IMG/VR virus record: IMGVR_UViG_3300025141_013347
Location: 1 to 61,706 of that record
Source: a virus
Lineage: Duplodnaviria > Caudoviricetes
Length of the DNA: 61,706 nt
Direction: 5' to 3' (one strand)
Below, piece after piece: positions 36,928 to 45,851 of the stretch. Each line of letters opens with the position of its first letter. Positions within the stretch are counted from its first letter, which is position 1. Made by a program: the position numbers and the translations under genes. A model generated the notes under the pieces. That model was not told the origin of the DNA and did not search any database. It saw only the letters and a program-made list of their open reading frames with translations.

Positions 36928-38010
36928 ATGGACATCAAAACTTTTAAAACTGTCGCCTCAAAACTTCCACCCCACATTGCCGTGCTGATGCGTGGTCCTA
37001 CCGGTGTTGGTAAGTCTCACTTGGCACGCGCTGCTGCTGCTGAGTTGGAGCTCCCTTATATCGATGTGCGACTCTCCACCATGAGTGAGGGAGACTTCGG
37101 TGGTTACCCAGATATTGAAGGTATGAAGGAAACGTCAGTCATGACTTTCTGTATGCCTAGTTTCTTTATTCGGGCATGCCGAGAACCGGTTGTCCTTATG
37201 CTAGACGAAATGAACCGCGCCCTCCCGGGTGTGATGCAGGGAGCGTTCCAGCTGGTCCTTGACCGAGAGCTGGGTAACGACAAGGATGGTACCCCCTACC
37301 GACTCCACCCTGAGACTCGTATCTTCGCGGCTATTAATGCCGGCGCGGAATATGATGTTAATGATATGGACCCGGCGTTGCTTCGACGCTTCTGGGCCGT
37401 TGACCTCGAGCCTACCACCGCTGACTGGCTGGATTGGGCCAAGGAAGAGGGTATTGATCCCATCCTCGCTGACTTTGTTCGTCAGCACCCTGCCCACCTT
37501 CGGGTCGACCCTTCTGAGGTTGAGCCCGGTACGGTTTGTCCCAATCCAGCTTCTTGGCATCGTATTGACGAAAGCCTCAAGTATATGGGTATGGCTCCTA
37601 GTAATATTGCGGGTAGCCGGCCTGAGGGATTCTACGCTGTCTGTACAGGAATGCTAGGTGTTGAAGCCAGCATCGCCTTCTCTGATTTTGTCGAAAATTA
37701 TGAGATGGTAATTACAGCCGAGGATATCCTCAATAACTGGAAGGACGTCAAGGAAACTTGCGTTGACCTCCCTGCTGACAAGGTCGGTGGCTTGATTGAC
37801 AAGCTGTCGGACCACTTCAAGGATAAGTCATGGACTAACAAGCAAGCCGCTAGTGTAAAGGCCTTCACCGATACGCTTGGTGATGAAATGTTGGTCCACT
37901 GTTGGAACCAGCTGGTTGCAACCGGCAACGTTCCAAATATTCAAAAGCTTCACAAGCTGATTGGGCAACGAGTCGTTACGGCCGTTAAGTCCAGTCGCGA
38001 CCTGAAATAG
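36928..38010 (+). CDS. MoxR-like AAA+ ATPase
   Basis: GPTGVGKS Walker A, LMLDEMNRA Walker B, DPALLRRF. Confidence 0.9.
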   Translation: MDIKTFKTVASKLPPHIAVLMRGPTGVGKSHLARAAAAELELPYIDVRLSTMSEGDFGGYPDIEGMKETSVMTFCMPSFFIRACREPVVLMLDEMNRALPGVMQGAFQLVLDRELGNDKDGTPYRLHPETRIFAAINAGAEYDVNDMDPALLRRFWAVDLEPTTADWLDWAKEEGIDPILADFVRQHPAHLRVDPSEVEPGTVCPNPASWHRIDESLKYMGMAPSNIAGSRPEGFYAVCTGMLGVEASIAFSDFVENYEMVITAEDILNNWKDVKETCVDLPADKVGGLIDKLSDHFKDKSWTNKQAASVKAFTDTLGDEMLVHCWNQLVATGNVPNIQKLHKLIGQRVVTAVKSSRDLK

Positions 38011-38175
38011 TTCACCCTTGGTCGGGCCACCTGGGGCAAGTGGAGAAACTGTCCCATTCTTTCGGAGTATTATCGATTCCAGTCAGTTATAAATCAACAA
38101 ACATAAATGTATAGTGCAGGTGAACCTCCAAGCATATGCTAGGTCAGTAACCACTTTAAACGAAATAGTGTCCGT

Positions 38176-38248
38176 GCCTTCGTAGCTCAGTTGGTAGAGC
38201 AGCGGGCTTTTAACCCGAAGGTCGTAGGTTCGAATCCTACCGGGGGCA
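38176..38248 (+). tRNA. tRNA-Lys (TTT), CCA not encoded
   Basis: GCCTTCG/CGGGGGC acceptor, CGGG-CTTTTAA-CCCG arm, GGTTCGAATCC. Confidence 0.9.
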
Positions 38249-38280
38249 CATGTTATTAATATTATTAAGGATTTTATAAA

Positions 38281-38538
38281 ATGAGTCGTCCATGGACAGT
38301 TGTCAGTATTAGCAAAAAGACCGGTACCACTGAAAAGAGACATATAATTTCAGGGTTTGACCAAGCTGATATCATGTCTACCTTCGAAAAAACATATCCA
38401 GGCGAAGATGTAATCGCCCTGGTTCCGGGTGAGGTTCCGGTTACAACCTTCCAAACCGGTTCACCGCGGGCTACAATTGCTGTGTTGGGTGGGAAGAAGG
38501 TCGACCCTTATGAGTTGCCTAGCGACAATAGTAGCTAA
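38281..38538 (+). CDS. hypothetical protein
   Basis: ORF with SD. Confidence 0.65.
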   Translation: MSRPWTVVSISKKTGTTEKRHIISGFDQADIMSTFEKTYPGEDVIALVPGEVPVTTFQTGSPRATIAVLGGKKVDPYELPSDNSS

Positions 38539-38654
38539 GCTTCTTTCTTGGGTGGGGGCATGCTTTAGTAGGTTTCGGCCTCGAGCGTGTAGTCCGTAGT
38601 GGGAGGTTTTATATATTATTAATAATTTTAACTAGTTACATGACGATTGAATTC

Positions 38655-38683
38655 GTGCAAATTACATGTACCCATGGTATAAT
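38655..38683 (+). promoter_or_regulatory. GTGCAA-N17-TATAAT promoter
   Basis: Family member followed by AAGGAGG and a short hydrophobic ORF. Confidence 0.75.
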
Positions 38684-38841
38684 GTATATATAAGGAGGAA
38701 TTGCTAATGCAAATCGTAAAAGAACTAGTCGGAATCATTCTTATCAATCTAGGCACATTTATGCTGGGTTGGGCATTGGCTGCTGCGTTTACATGTGGGT
38801 TGTTATGGGGTGCAATTAATTGCCTTTTTTGATCCAAACGC

Positions 38842-38870
38842 GTGCAAATTCACTTTACCTGTTATAGAAT
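38842..38870 (+). promoter_or_regulatory. GTGCAA-N17-TAGAAT promoter
   Basis: Family member. Confidence 0.65.
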
Positions 38871-38912
38871 AGAACCATAAGAAAACGTTAACACCCTAGA
38901 CCAAGGATTATC

Positions 38913-39668
38913 ATGCAGCTTAACGTACGAAACAACGAAGTCCCCTTTGGCACCAACATTCTCAAGGTGAAGGTACCCAAACAACTACGTAACAAGGTTC
39001 GGTCCGGACTTGAGTATATCGACAGTGCACTGGGTGGTGAAGGTTTTACCCCTTCCGCTGTCACGTTCTTTACCGGTACTCCAGGTTCAGGTAAGACGAC
39101 CATGATGCTTAAACTGGCTGACAGCCTGACAAAGCAGGGTGCTATCGTCCTTTTTAATACGGCTGAGGAGTCCCTGTTCCAGGTCAAGCTGGTCGCGGAG
39201 CGACTAGGTCTTCGTAACGGCTTCGTCGCCGGCCAGGAAAATCATATTCCTACATTGCTTGAGAACTGTGACAAGCTTCGTAACAAGCGTGGCAATAAGA
39301 ACCGACCGTTCTTTCTGATTGTCGATAGCCTTCAGTGTATGGATGATGGTAAGTATACCAATGGCCATGTTAACCGTGCCTCTGCTGAGCGTAGCCTGGG
39401 TATGATTACGAACTACTGTAAGGAGAACTTCTGTAATGCCGTAGTCATCGGTCAGGTTAACAAGTCTGGTCAGATGGCTGGTACCAATAAGCTTAAGCAT
39501 ATGGTCGACTCCATGATGGAGCTTACAGTAGAGGAAAAGGACAAGGACCTCGAAGGTTGCCGGGTTCTGCAAACCACCAAGAATCGATTCGGTGGCTGTG
39601 GACATACGTTCTTCCTTCAACTTAATCATCGAGGCTTCAGTGAGGTAGCCCGAGTGAGTAATGCATAA
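38913..39668 (+). CDS. RadA/Sms-like RecA-fold ATPase (ATPase domain only)
   Basis: GTPGSGKTT, EES, LIVDSLQ, K.G..AG...L.H.VD, KNRFG signature. Confidence 0.85.
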   Translation: MQLNVRNNEVPFGTNILKVKVPKQLRNKVRSGLEYIDSALGGEGFTPSAVTFFTGTPGSGKTTMMLKLADSLTKQGAIVLFNTAEESLFQVKLVAERLGLRNGFVAGQENHIPTLLENCDKLRNKRGNKNRPFFLIVDSLQCMDDGKYTNGHVNRASAERSLGMITNYCKENFCNAVVIGQVNKSGQMAGTNKLKHMVDSMMELTVEEKDKDLEGCRVLQTTKNRFGGCGHTFFLQLNHRGFSEVARVSNA

Positions 39669-39685
39669 TATATCAGACAAGGAGG

Positions 39686-39895
39686 ATGATTGTGCATGAC
39701 AATGTTGGTCGGATTAGTTTCGCTAAGGGCAAATGCCATAAGTGTGAATGGGTAGGTCATGGGTCTCAATTTCGGAATGGTGCATTTATCTGTACGTACT
39801 GCGATCCGGACAGTGCCAAAACCGCGGCGGAATCACAAAAAGATTATTGGCTGAAGGGAGGCTATATTAAATGGTACAGACCGAAGCATCAGTAA
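39686..39895 (+). CDS. small zinc-finger-like protein
   Basis: CHKC...CTYC; AGGAGG SD. Confidence 0.65.
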   Translation: MIVHDNVGRISFAKGKCHKCEWVGHGSQFRNGAFICTYCDPDSAKTAAESQKDYWLKGGYIKWYRPKHQ

Positions 39896-40080
39896 TCGTT
39901 AGTGAATGTTTACCCGATCTGGTGAGGCTTAGCCTGACTAGCTCTATTAATAGTGAGACAGATCGTAATAAACAACTAATGTGGCGAAGCGTCTTGGATG
40001 GATATGATGCCGGACTTATTACCGGTAAGATTGATATCTTAAATACACGTGTTAACTATCAACCTGCGGAGATTAACTGA
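39871..40080 (+). CDS. hypothetical protein (MVQTEA start)
   Basis: GGAGG SD. Confidence 0.6.
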   Translation: MVQTEASVIVSECLPDLVRLSLTSSINSETDRNKQLMWRSVLDGYDAGLITGKIDILNTRVNYQPAEIN

Positions 40081-40251
40081 ATGGTACAGACAGAAGCCAT
40101 GGCTGCAATAAGCAAGTGCGTGGTTAGCCTAGAGAAGGTGTCCAATATATTGTTTGAAGCCGGCGCCGAAGAAGCCAGTCGACTGGCACAAAGAGCAGCT
40201 GATGCTGCATATGAAGAGTGGATGCGTATGCAGACACCACCGGCACCTTAA
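40081..40251 (+). CDS. hypothetical protein (MVQTEA start), not in ORF track
   Basis: 56-codon ORF with GGAG SD; same first six codons as the previous gene. Confidence 0.6.
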   Translation: MVQTEAMAAISKCVVSLEKVSNILFEAGAEEASRLAQRAADAAYEEWMRMQTPPAP

Positions 40252-40287
40252 AAAGAGCGACGGCTTTAAATAATAATTGCTCTGTTT

Positions 40288-40316
40288 GTGTAAGGGGTAG
40301 AAGGGTGTGGTATAAT
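40288..40316 (+). promoter_or_regulatory. GTGTAA-N17-TATAAT promoter
   Basis: Family member. Confidence 0.7.
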
Positions 40317-40342
40317 AGTACTATAAGGAATAAGGAATCAGT

Positions 40343-40690
40343 ATGACCCGTTTCACTAAAGAGAACCTTCACAAAGATGGCGACTACATCTTCTATGCTG
40401 AACCAGCAGATCGCTGGAACTACAAGAAGCAACAGTTCATTGCCCGATTTAAGCGGATGCCTGGAGCAGGTTCTTTTATGACCCATCTCCGGAAGCACTG
40501 GACCCTGGAAGACTATCTTGCCAAACGGGAGACAATGACCCCGCTTGACATTGTGAAGGAGACCGGGTACCTCCAGCCGCATATCAAGAAGTGGCTCAAG
40601 CAGGGGGGCTATCCTGTCACCCCTGCCGGCTGGGCCCAGAAGCTAGAGGACGATATTGCCAAGCGCTACGGTCGGCCAACGACGCTGTAG
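40343..40690 (+). CDS. conserved phage hypothetical protein (FIARFK)
   Basis: ORF after promoter and AAGGA SD. Confidence 0.75.
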   Translation: MTRFTKENLHKDGDYIFYAEPADRWNYKKQQFIARFKRMPGAGSFMTHLRKHWTLEDYLAKRETMTPLDIVKETGYLQPHIKKWLKQGGYPVTPAGWAQKLEDDIAKRYGRPTTL

Positions 40691-40700
40691 GGAGGAATGA

Positions 40701-40793
40701 GGGGCCCTAATTAGGGGCCCAAAAACAGAGAAAAATGGGGCCCCTGAATGGGCCCCTAAAACAGGCCCCTGTCGGGCCCCTCTCGGGGGCCCC
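40701..40793. repeat. GGGCCC palindrome array with about 12-bp periodicity
   Basis: GGGCCC at 40702, 40715, 40738, 40750, 40774, 40787 and AGGCCC at 40763. Confidence 0.85.
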
Positions 40794-40895
40794 TCTGCAT
40801 ACTCTGTGGAGCCTCCCGGGGGGGCGGGGTGCTAAGTCCGCGCTCTTTTTTCTCGAGAATATTTTCAAACCAAACTGCTTTTTTGAGGCATTATA

Positions 40896-41192
40896 ATGAA
40901 TGAATATGACATATGCGAATTTGAAGTACTAGAAGAAGCTATCAAATTGGCCGGAATGGAACATTATGACTATAGTTCTTATAAGAGACTAGTCTTACAG
41001 TACTGTGCTATGTCTCGAGGTGAAGATGGTGGTACCCTTAATAAACTACCGGAGGATTGGGTTAAAAGTCAGGTGGATAAATTTAAGGAAATCAAGAAGC
41101 CAACAATTCGTTCTTACAGATACCCCAAACATCCGGACAGCTTTTTTAGAGATGTCCTTAAAAAGGCTAGCGAAATTAAACTATCTATGTAA
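40896..41192 (+). CDS. hypothetical protein
   Basis: GAGG SD. Confidence 0.6.
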   Translation: MNEYDICEFEVLEEAIKLAGMEHYDYSSYKRLVLQYCAMSRGEDGGTLNKLPEDWVKSQVDKFKEIKKPTIRSYRYPKHPDSFFRDVLKKASEIKLSM

Positions 41193-41205
41193 TAAAGGAG
41201 ATACT

Positions 41206-41406
41206 ATGATTGATATGAACCACGGAGTGGATAAGAAGGACCTTGAGGTCGACGTGAATACTGCACTGCATGTAATTGCACTGGCAGGAAAGGGGGATGA
41301 ACTCATGGAAGCGATGAAGCCTGGGGAACAGGAAGCGCTGAACTCAGTCTTTATTCATTCAGTTGATAAGCTAATGAAAGACAAGAAGGCAGGCGTTGAC
41401 CTATGA
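41206..41406 (+). CDS. hypothetical protein
   Basis: AAGGAG SD. Confidence 0.6.
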   Translation: MIDMNHGVDKKDLEVDVNTALHVIALAGKGDELMEAMKPGEQEALNSVFIHSVDKLMKDKKAGVDL

Positions 41407-41671
41407 GGCGTACTGAGGTGTGTATGTGTTGCTTTACTTGCGCCCCTTAGCGTTACCTTAGTAAATTCTAGAATATTCCGTCTCGGAGCTATATCGATGT
41501 TTGCTCATATAGTTGTGTTTGTGCATCATTAACTTAAACAGTTTATGGATTCAGGGTTAAAATATAGAAGTGAAAAATGCTCAAAAATCTCTCGAGAATA
41601 TTTTGATATCAATACGGTATTGGACACGAGTGACTAGAGGCAATTATATGCAATACAAGGAAAATTAATTA

Positions 41672-42694
41672 ATGTCATACTCCGGACACATTCACATGAT
41701 GGTCGACTACTGCAAGTCAATCCGCTATATATCAGCATTAGCTGATGATAGTGGTAAGCTTCAATCCCCGGAACGCCGTATCCGGATCCTAGAGATAGGC
41801 GTTGATCGAGGCCAAACAATGGTACCCCTGATCCACAACCTGGCAGTCAATAATATTCCTTTTAATTACGTGGGTGTTGATATACGGCAAGACCATGGCC
41901 TGCTACAACAATTAGGAATGATGGAAGGCATTGATATCACTGCTGCAGGTGAACTAGGGAGTGCATCAGATAGAGCGCCGTACTATAAACAAATTTGTGA
42001 AGTAGCATATGAGGTACCATCCCGTGTACCAAGATCCTATAAGGGTACCATCACATACGTTATAGGCAACAGTCTAGACGTATTAGACTCAGCGTTTATG
42101 AAGCACCCAAACCGTCCCAAGTTCGATCTGATTCTTATCGACGGTGATCATAATTATGAAACCGTGATTCACGAACTTAAATGTCTTAAACATCTATCAC
42201 ATGACATGTCATTGGTATTGTGTGATGATGCCTTTGGGCGTCACCAAAACCGTGATTCATTCTACGCAGACGCGGTAGCACACGCCGGGGTTGAGGGACA
42301 TAAAACACTTGAACGTGACCGGCCGAAAGATAAACAAGGCGTCTTGAATGCTATTAAAGATTTTGTGGCCTCAAAAGAAGGCGGAATGTGGTTAGGCTCA
42401 CCATTTGCAGTGCAGTCTGAAGCTGGGCCTGGTAAGTTTGAACTTTTAAGTGAAGCGATGTTTCTCTATAAACCACAATACCTTGCGGTGGAGGAGATAA
42501 TCAAGGCTGAAGTTAACTCGGCCGGTGGAGGCTGGACAATGCATCGATGGAATCAGGCTTATGTTTTTAATAGGGTAGGTGCACACTTAAGATCTCCAGT
42601 ATCGGCAGATGAACCAAAAACAAAAGGTATCCGGACAGTCTCACTACAAGGTACAGGGTTCACTACGGAAGATCAAGATAGTAACAAGAAGTGA
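41672..42694 (+). CDS. class I SAM-dependent methyltransferase (Methyltransf_24-like)
   Basis: ILEIGVDRG, FDLILIDGDHNY, LCDD. Confidence 0.85.
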   Translation: MSYSGHIHMMVDYCKSIRYISALADDSGKLQSPERRIRILEIGVDRGQTMVPLIHNLAVNNIPFNYVGVDIRQDHGLLQQLGMMEGIDITAAGELGSASDRAPYYKQICEVAYEVPSRVPRSYKGTITYVIGNSLDVLDSAFMKHPNRPKFDLILIDGDHNYETVIHELKCLKHLSHDMSLVLCDDAFGRHQNRDSFYADAVAHAGVEGHKTLERDRPKDKQGVLNAIKDFVASKEGGMWLGSPFAVQSEAGPGKFELLSEAMFLYKPQYLAVEEIIKAEVNSAGGGWTMHRWNQAYVFNRVGAHLRSPVSADEPKTKGIRTVSLQGTGFTTEDQDSNKK

Positions 42695-42701
42695 AAAGGT
42701 T

Positions 42702-42968
42702 ATGAAGTATTTTAAGGCCGGTGCCATTCTTTTTTGTATATTTTTAGTAGGCATTGTAGCAGAAGCGGGGCTGTTTTACGCGGGATACCATTGGGGATCC
42801 GCGAAGTACCATGTACAGAATGAAGATTTAAGATATGCAGTCGATGATTGCCTTGTTGATCTGAGAGCTGGTTGCCCAGCTTTATACGATTATGCTGTAA
42901 CCCTAGAGGCAGAAAATGCAAGATTAAACAAAAAACTCAATAGATACAAGAAAAAGTATCAAAAGTAG
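42702..42968 (+). CDS. membrane-anchored coiled-coil protein
   Basis: TM helix then LEAENARL. Confidence 0.6.
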   Translation: MKYFKAGAILFCIFLVGIVAEAGLFYAGYHWGSAKYHVQNEDLRYAVDDCLVDLRAGCPALYDYAVTLEAENARLNKKLNRYKKKYQK

Positions 42969-42980
42969 AGATGTTATAAC

Positions 42981-43175
42981 ATGGATATCCAACAAGACAT
43001 AATTTTTGGACTTATCTTTATATGTGGTGTCGTCCTTTCTGCCCGTGTGGTTAATGCAGTTAAAATGCACCAAACACTCAAAGAGGAATTTATAAAGGAA
43101 AGAGCTCGACTTCTTCGTGTGGAGGAATTATATGGTAGAAAGCATTCATCGCACGATAAGCAGGATAATTACTAG
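42981..43175 (+). CDS. small membrane protein
   Basis: N-terminal TM helix. Confidence 0.55.
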   Translation: MDIQQDIIFGLIFICGVVLSARVVNAVKMHQTLKEEFIKERARLLRVEELYGRKHSSHDKQDNY

Positions 43176-43198
43176 TTAGTTATTCGTGGAGGTCACTC

Positions 43199-43498
43199 GT
43201 GGCAAGGAATTTAAGATTTAAACAGGGTGAACTAGTTGAGGTGAGAAGCACCTTTAAAGTTTTATCATCATTTGGGGGTGTGAGATACGGGCCAGATATT
43301 AGAGGGAAAATAACTGCAAACTCTACGCTTTTGCCACCAGGTGCTACATTTTTGACCCTTAGTGATTCTACCGAAGCAGGGCATCAACAGAACCGGCGAC
43401 TGTGGGTTGAAATATTAACAAATGAGGGTCCTCGTGTGGTTTGGTCTAATGTGTTTAAAATGAGACAGATTAAAGAAGAGAATGATCATGCTGTCTGA
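43199..43498 (+). CDS. small KOW/SH3-like protein
   Basis: FKQGELV. Confidence 0.65.
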   Translation: MARNLRFKQGELVEVRSTFKVLSSFGGVRYGPDIRGKITANSTLLPPGATFLTLSDSTEAGHQQNRRLWVEILTNEGPRVVWSNVFKMRQIKEENDHAV

Positions 43499-43706
43499 GT
43501 TTAAACTGGGGGATCTTGTATTATTTCAACCTACAACGTATGTAGACTATGATACCGGTATCCGCAAGGTAGGTCTAATAGTTGATCTTACATGGGTAAC
43601 GGACTATGGTAATGTCCTGTACCACATCCTGCATGGGAAAGATATTGTGCAAAGATTTTCCACCGGCATACACGAGCGTATAGATTCCCTAGGGAGTGAA
43701 ATCTAG
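43482..43706 (+). CDS. small KOW/SH3-like protein
   Basis: FKLGDLV...GLIV. Confidence 0.65.
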   Translation: MIMLSEFKLGDLVLFQPTTYVDYDTGIRKVGLIVDLTWVTDYGNVLYHILHGKDIVQRFSTGIHERIDSLGSEI

Positions 43707-43985
43707 ATGCCGGCGCGTTATAAAGAGGGTGACCTGGTCATTATGAATCATGACTCTACTGCATGGAGCTGGATGGGCCCGAATGTTAACCCTGCATCTG
43801 ACGTGTCGGATGGTGGTATAGGGACGGTTATAAAGTCTAGAAGGAAGGAACGAGCAATACACGTCAATGAAAATACGACGGAACTTAAAATAATTGAAGT
43901 TGTTGAAGTGTTGTGGTCAAATGGAATATACCAACATCTACTCGCAGAACAATTATCAATAAAGAAGAATAACAATAATGAATAA
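43707..43985 (+). CDS. small KOW/SH3-like protein
   Basis: YKEGDLV...G.V...EVLW. Confidence 0.65.
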   Translation: MPARYKEGDLVIMNHDSTAWSWMGPNVNPASDVSDGGIGTVIKSRRKERAIHVNENTTELKIIEVVEVLWSNGIYQHLLAEQLSIKKNNNNE

Positions 43986-44208
43986 AATCGAAGCGATTAA
44001 CATTGTAGAAGGTTCCATGGAACCCCGGGGAAATACAGCAGAAGAACAAGACGCGTATTATTTAGAGTGCTGGCAATATCTTATTGATACCGGTATATGC
44101 TGGAAACTACAAGGATGGTATGAAAGAGCCGCAAAGCAATTAATAGAATCTGAATTGTGCACCTGGCCCATCACACCCCCATCAAAATGCAAAAAAAATG
44201 CAAAATAA
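43978..44208 (+). CDS. conserved phage protein (WQ.LIDTG..W.LQG.Y)
   Basis: Recognisable small phage protein motif. Confidence 0.7.
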   Translation: MNKIEAINIVEGSMEPRGNTAEEQDAYYLECWQYLIDTGICWKLQGWYERAAKQLIESELCTWPITPPSKCKKNAK

Positions 44209-44211
44209 GCT

Positions 44212-44415
44212 ATGGCACTGGATTTAGACTGGCCGGTGACCGGTGCGCTCTGTATGTGTACCATCGGAGAATGTGACCCACTAGTGGGGCTAGCCCTTAA
44301 GGAAATACCTTCATTTCCATCCGCTAGCGGAACGCCTATCCGGATGTGGGAGGTCATGACATGTCGGGGCATCATGTCTCTGCCGCGTATTAATATCAAG
44401 CCGGTCCAAACTTAG
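44212..44415 (+). CDS. hypothetical protein
   Basis: ORF. Confidence 0.5.
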   Translation: MALDLDWPVTGALCMCTIGECDPLVGLALKEIPSFPSASGTPIRMWEVMTCRGIMSLPRINIKPVQT

Positions 44416-44744
44416 CTAAGCTCTAGTGTGCATTCTGAGTAACGATTGGCTCGTGTCTAATTAGTTATAGGTTAATACATCAATGTTAGTCCTATGAAGG
44501 TCCTAGGGTATGCTATGTGTATCCTGGATCCAAAGATGGTACCAGATAATCGCGACGGGATCCACAATATATCATCAGTACTTCTTCCTATAGGAGGGGA
44601 ACGTAGTCTACTATCGTATAGGGGCGTACGTACAGACCCATCATTCGATACCGGTCTCTACGTGTCTAGACAGATATCCCTATAGGGAATACATGATAGC
44701 CCTACTCTCAGCATGCCAGTCTCGCATAATAACAGGCGGCCGAC

Positions 44745-45026
44745 ATGGGCCATATAACACATGATGCGTGGATGCATGTTATGAGAAAAAAACTAGTCAA
44801 GGCGAAACGATGGCGATGGCGGGTACGGGGCAGCATTACCCCTGATCCTGGCATGAGCCTTTATGTACAATGGGGAATCATTGAATATCGTCAATGTCAC
44901 ACTGCAGTCAAGGTGAAGCGAGAAGCGCTTCATCTGACTGGAATGGGAGACTTTAATATGTGTGTAGATTGTTGGCCCATCAAGGATATGCGTGCCATCG
45001 CTGATATTTCTGGCTCGAGCATCTAA
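44745..45026 (+). CDS. hypothetical protein
   Basis: ORF only. Confidence 0.4.
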   Translation: MGHITHDAWMHVMRKKLVKAKRWRWRVRGSITPDPGMSLYVQWGIIEYRQCHTAVKVKREALHLTGMGDFNMCVDCWPIKDMRAIADISGSSI

Positions 45027-45551
45027 GCGCAACTGAATCTGCTCAAATTCTCCGGCCGCCGCCGAGTAAGTGTTTATAAAATCAAAGCGGCCGCCGGGAG
45101 AAGCATGCCCCCCCTGGCTCGAGCTCTTTAATCTTCTAGCATGTTCGATATACGCATAAAAAGATGTGGTTAATAATTGTTGATATCACAAATTTGTGGT
45201 TTGGGTTTAAACAATGAAATATATCAAAAAAATAATCAATTCACCAACGTTAACGTTTAAGTTAATCGTGCTCAATGCTATAATACTCATGGGATTATAT
45301 GTAATATCTCGTCTAATTTAGAAGACATATACGCTTTTACCTAATATGTAATTGTATAATTTAACTTTTGTGCATTATGGATAAATTACTATGGCATATC
45401 GAAAAAAACATGTTTGCCACACTTATATCATATGACTGGATTAATCACCATACCGGTGACAAGAACCTTTATTATAATGTGATGCTTTCAGACGGCACAT
45501 TTATTAGAGAACCTGACTTTAAATTTCATACACACAAGGAGATAATGACAA

Positions 45552-45785
45552 ATGGTAGCTAGCTATAATGATGAACATTCAATGACTAACGAAGAATTCA
45601 CCGTCATCAAGACAGTTATTAACAATTTATTGCCCCACGTTGAAAGTATAATGGCGTGTGACTTGACTAACATTAAAGAACATGATCCCTCCCTCTATAT
45701 GGCCTTGGTTGATCTACAAGAATCTTTAGACTCCTCTGAAGTAATTGATGCTATTGAAATGTGGGAAGAGGAAATTAATAATTAA
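45552..45785 (+). CDS. hypothetical acidic protein
   Basis: AAGGAG SD. Confidence 0.6.
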   Translation: MVASYNDEHSMTNEEFTVIKTVINNLLPHVESIMACDLTNIKEHDPSLYMALVDLQESLDSSEVIDAIEMWEEEINN

Positions 45786-45799
45786 TTACTTTCATTTTC

Positions 45800-45828
45800 G
45801 TGCAAAAGATCAACTAGTGTTGTATAAT
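45800..45828 (+). promoter_or_regulatory. GTGCAA-N17-TATAAT promoter
   Basis: Family member followed by GAGGAGG. Confidence 0.75.
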
Positions 45829-45851
45829 ATAAATGTACTGAGGAGGTACTA

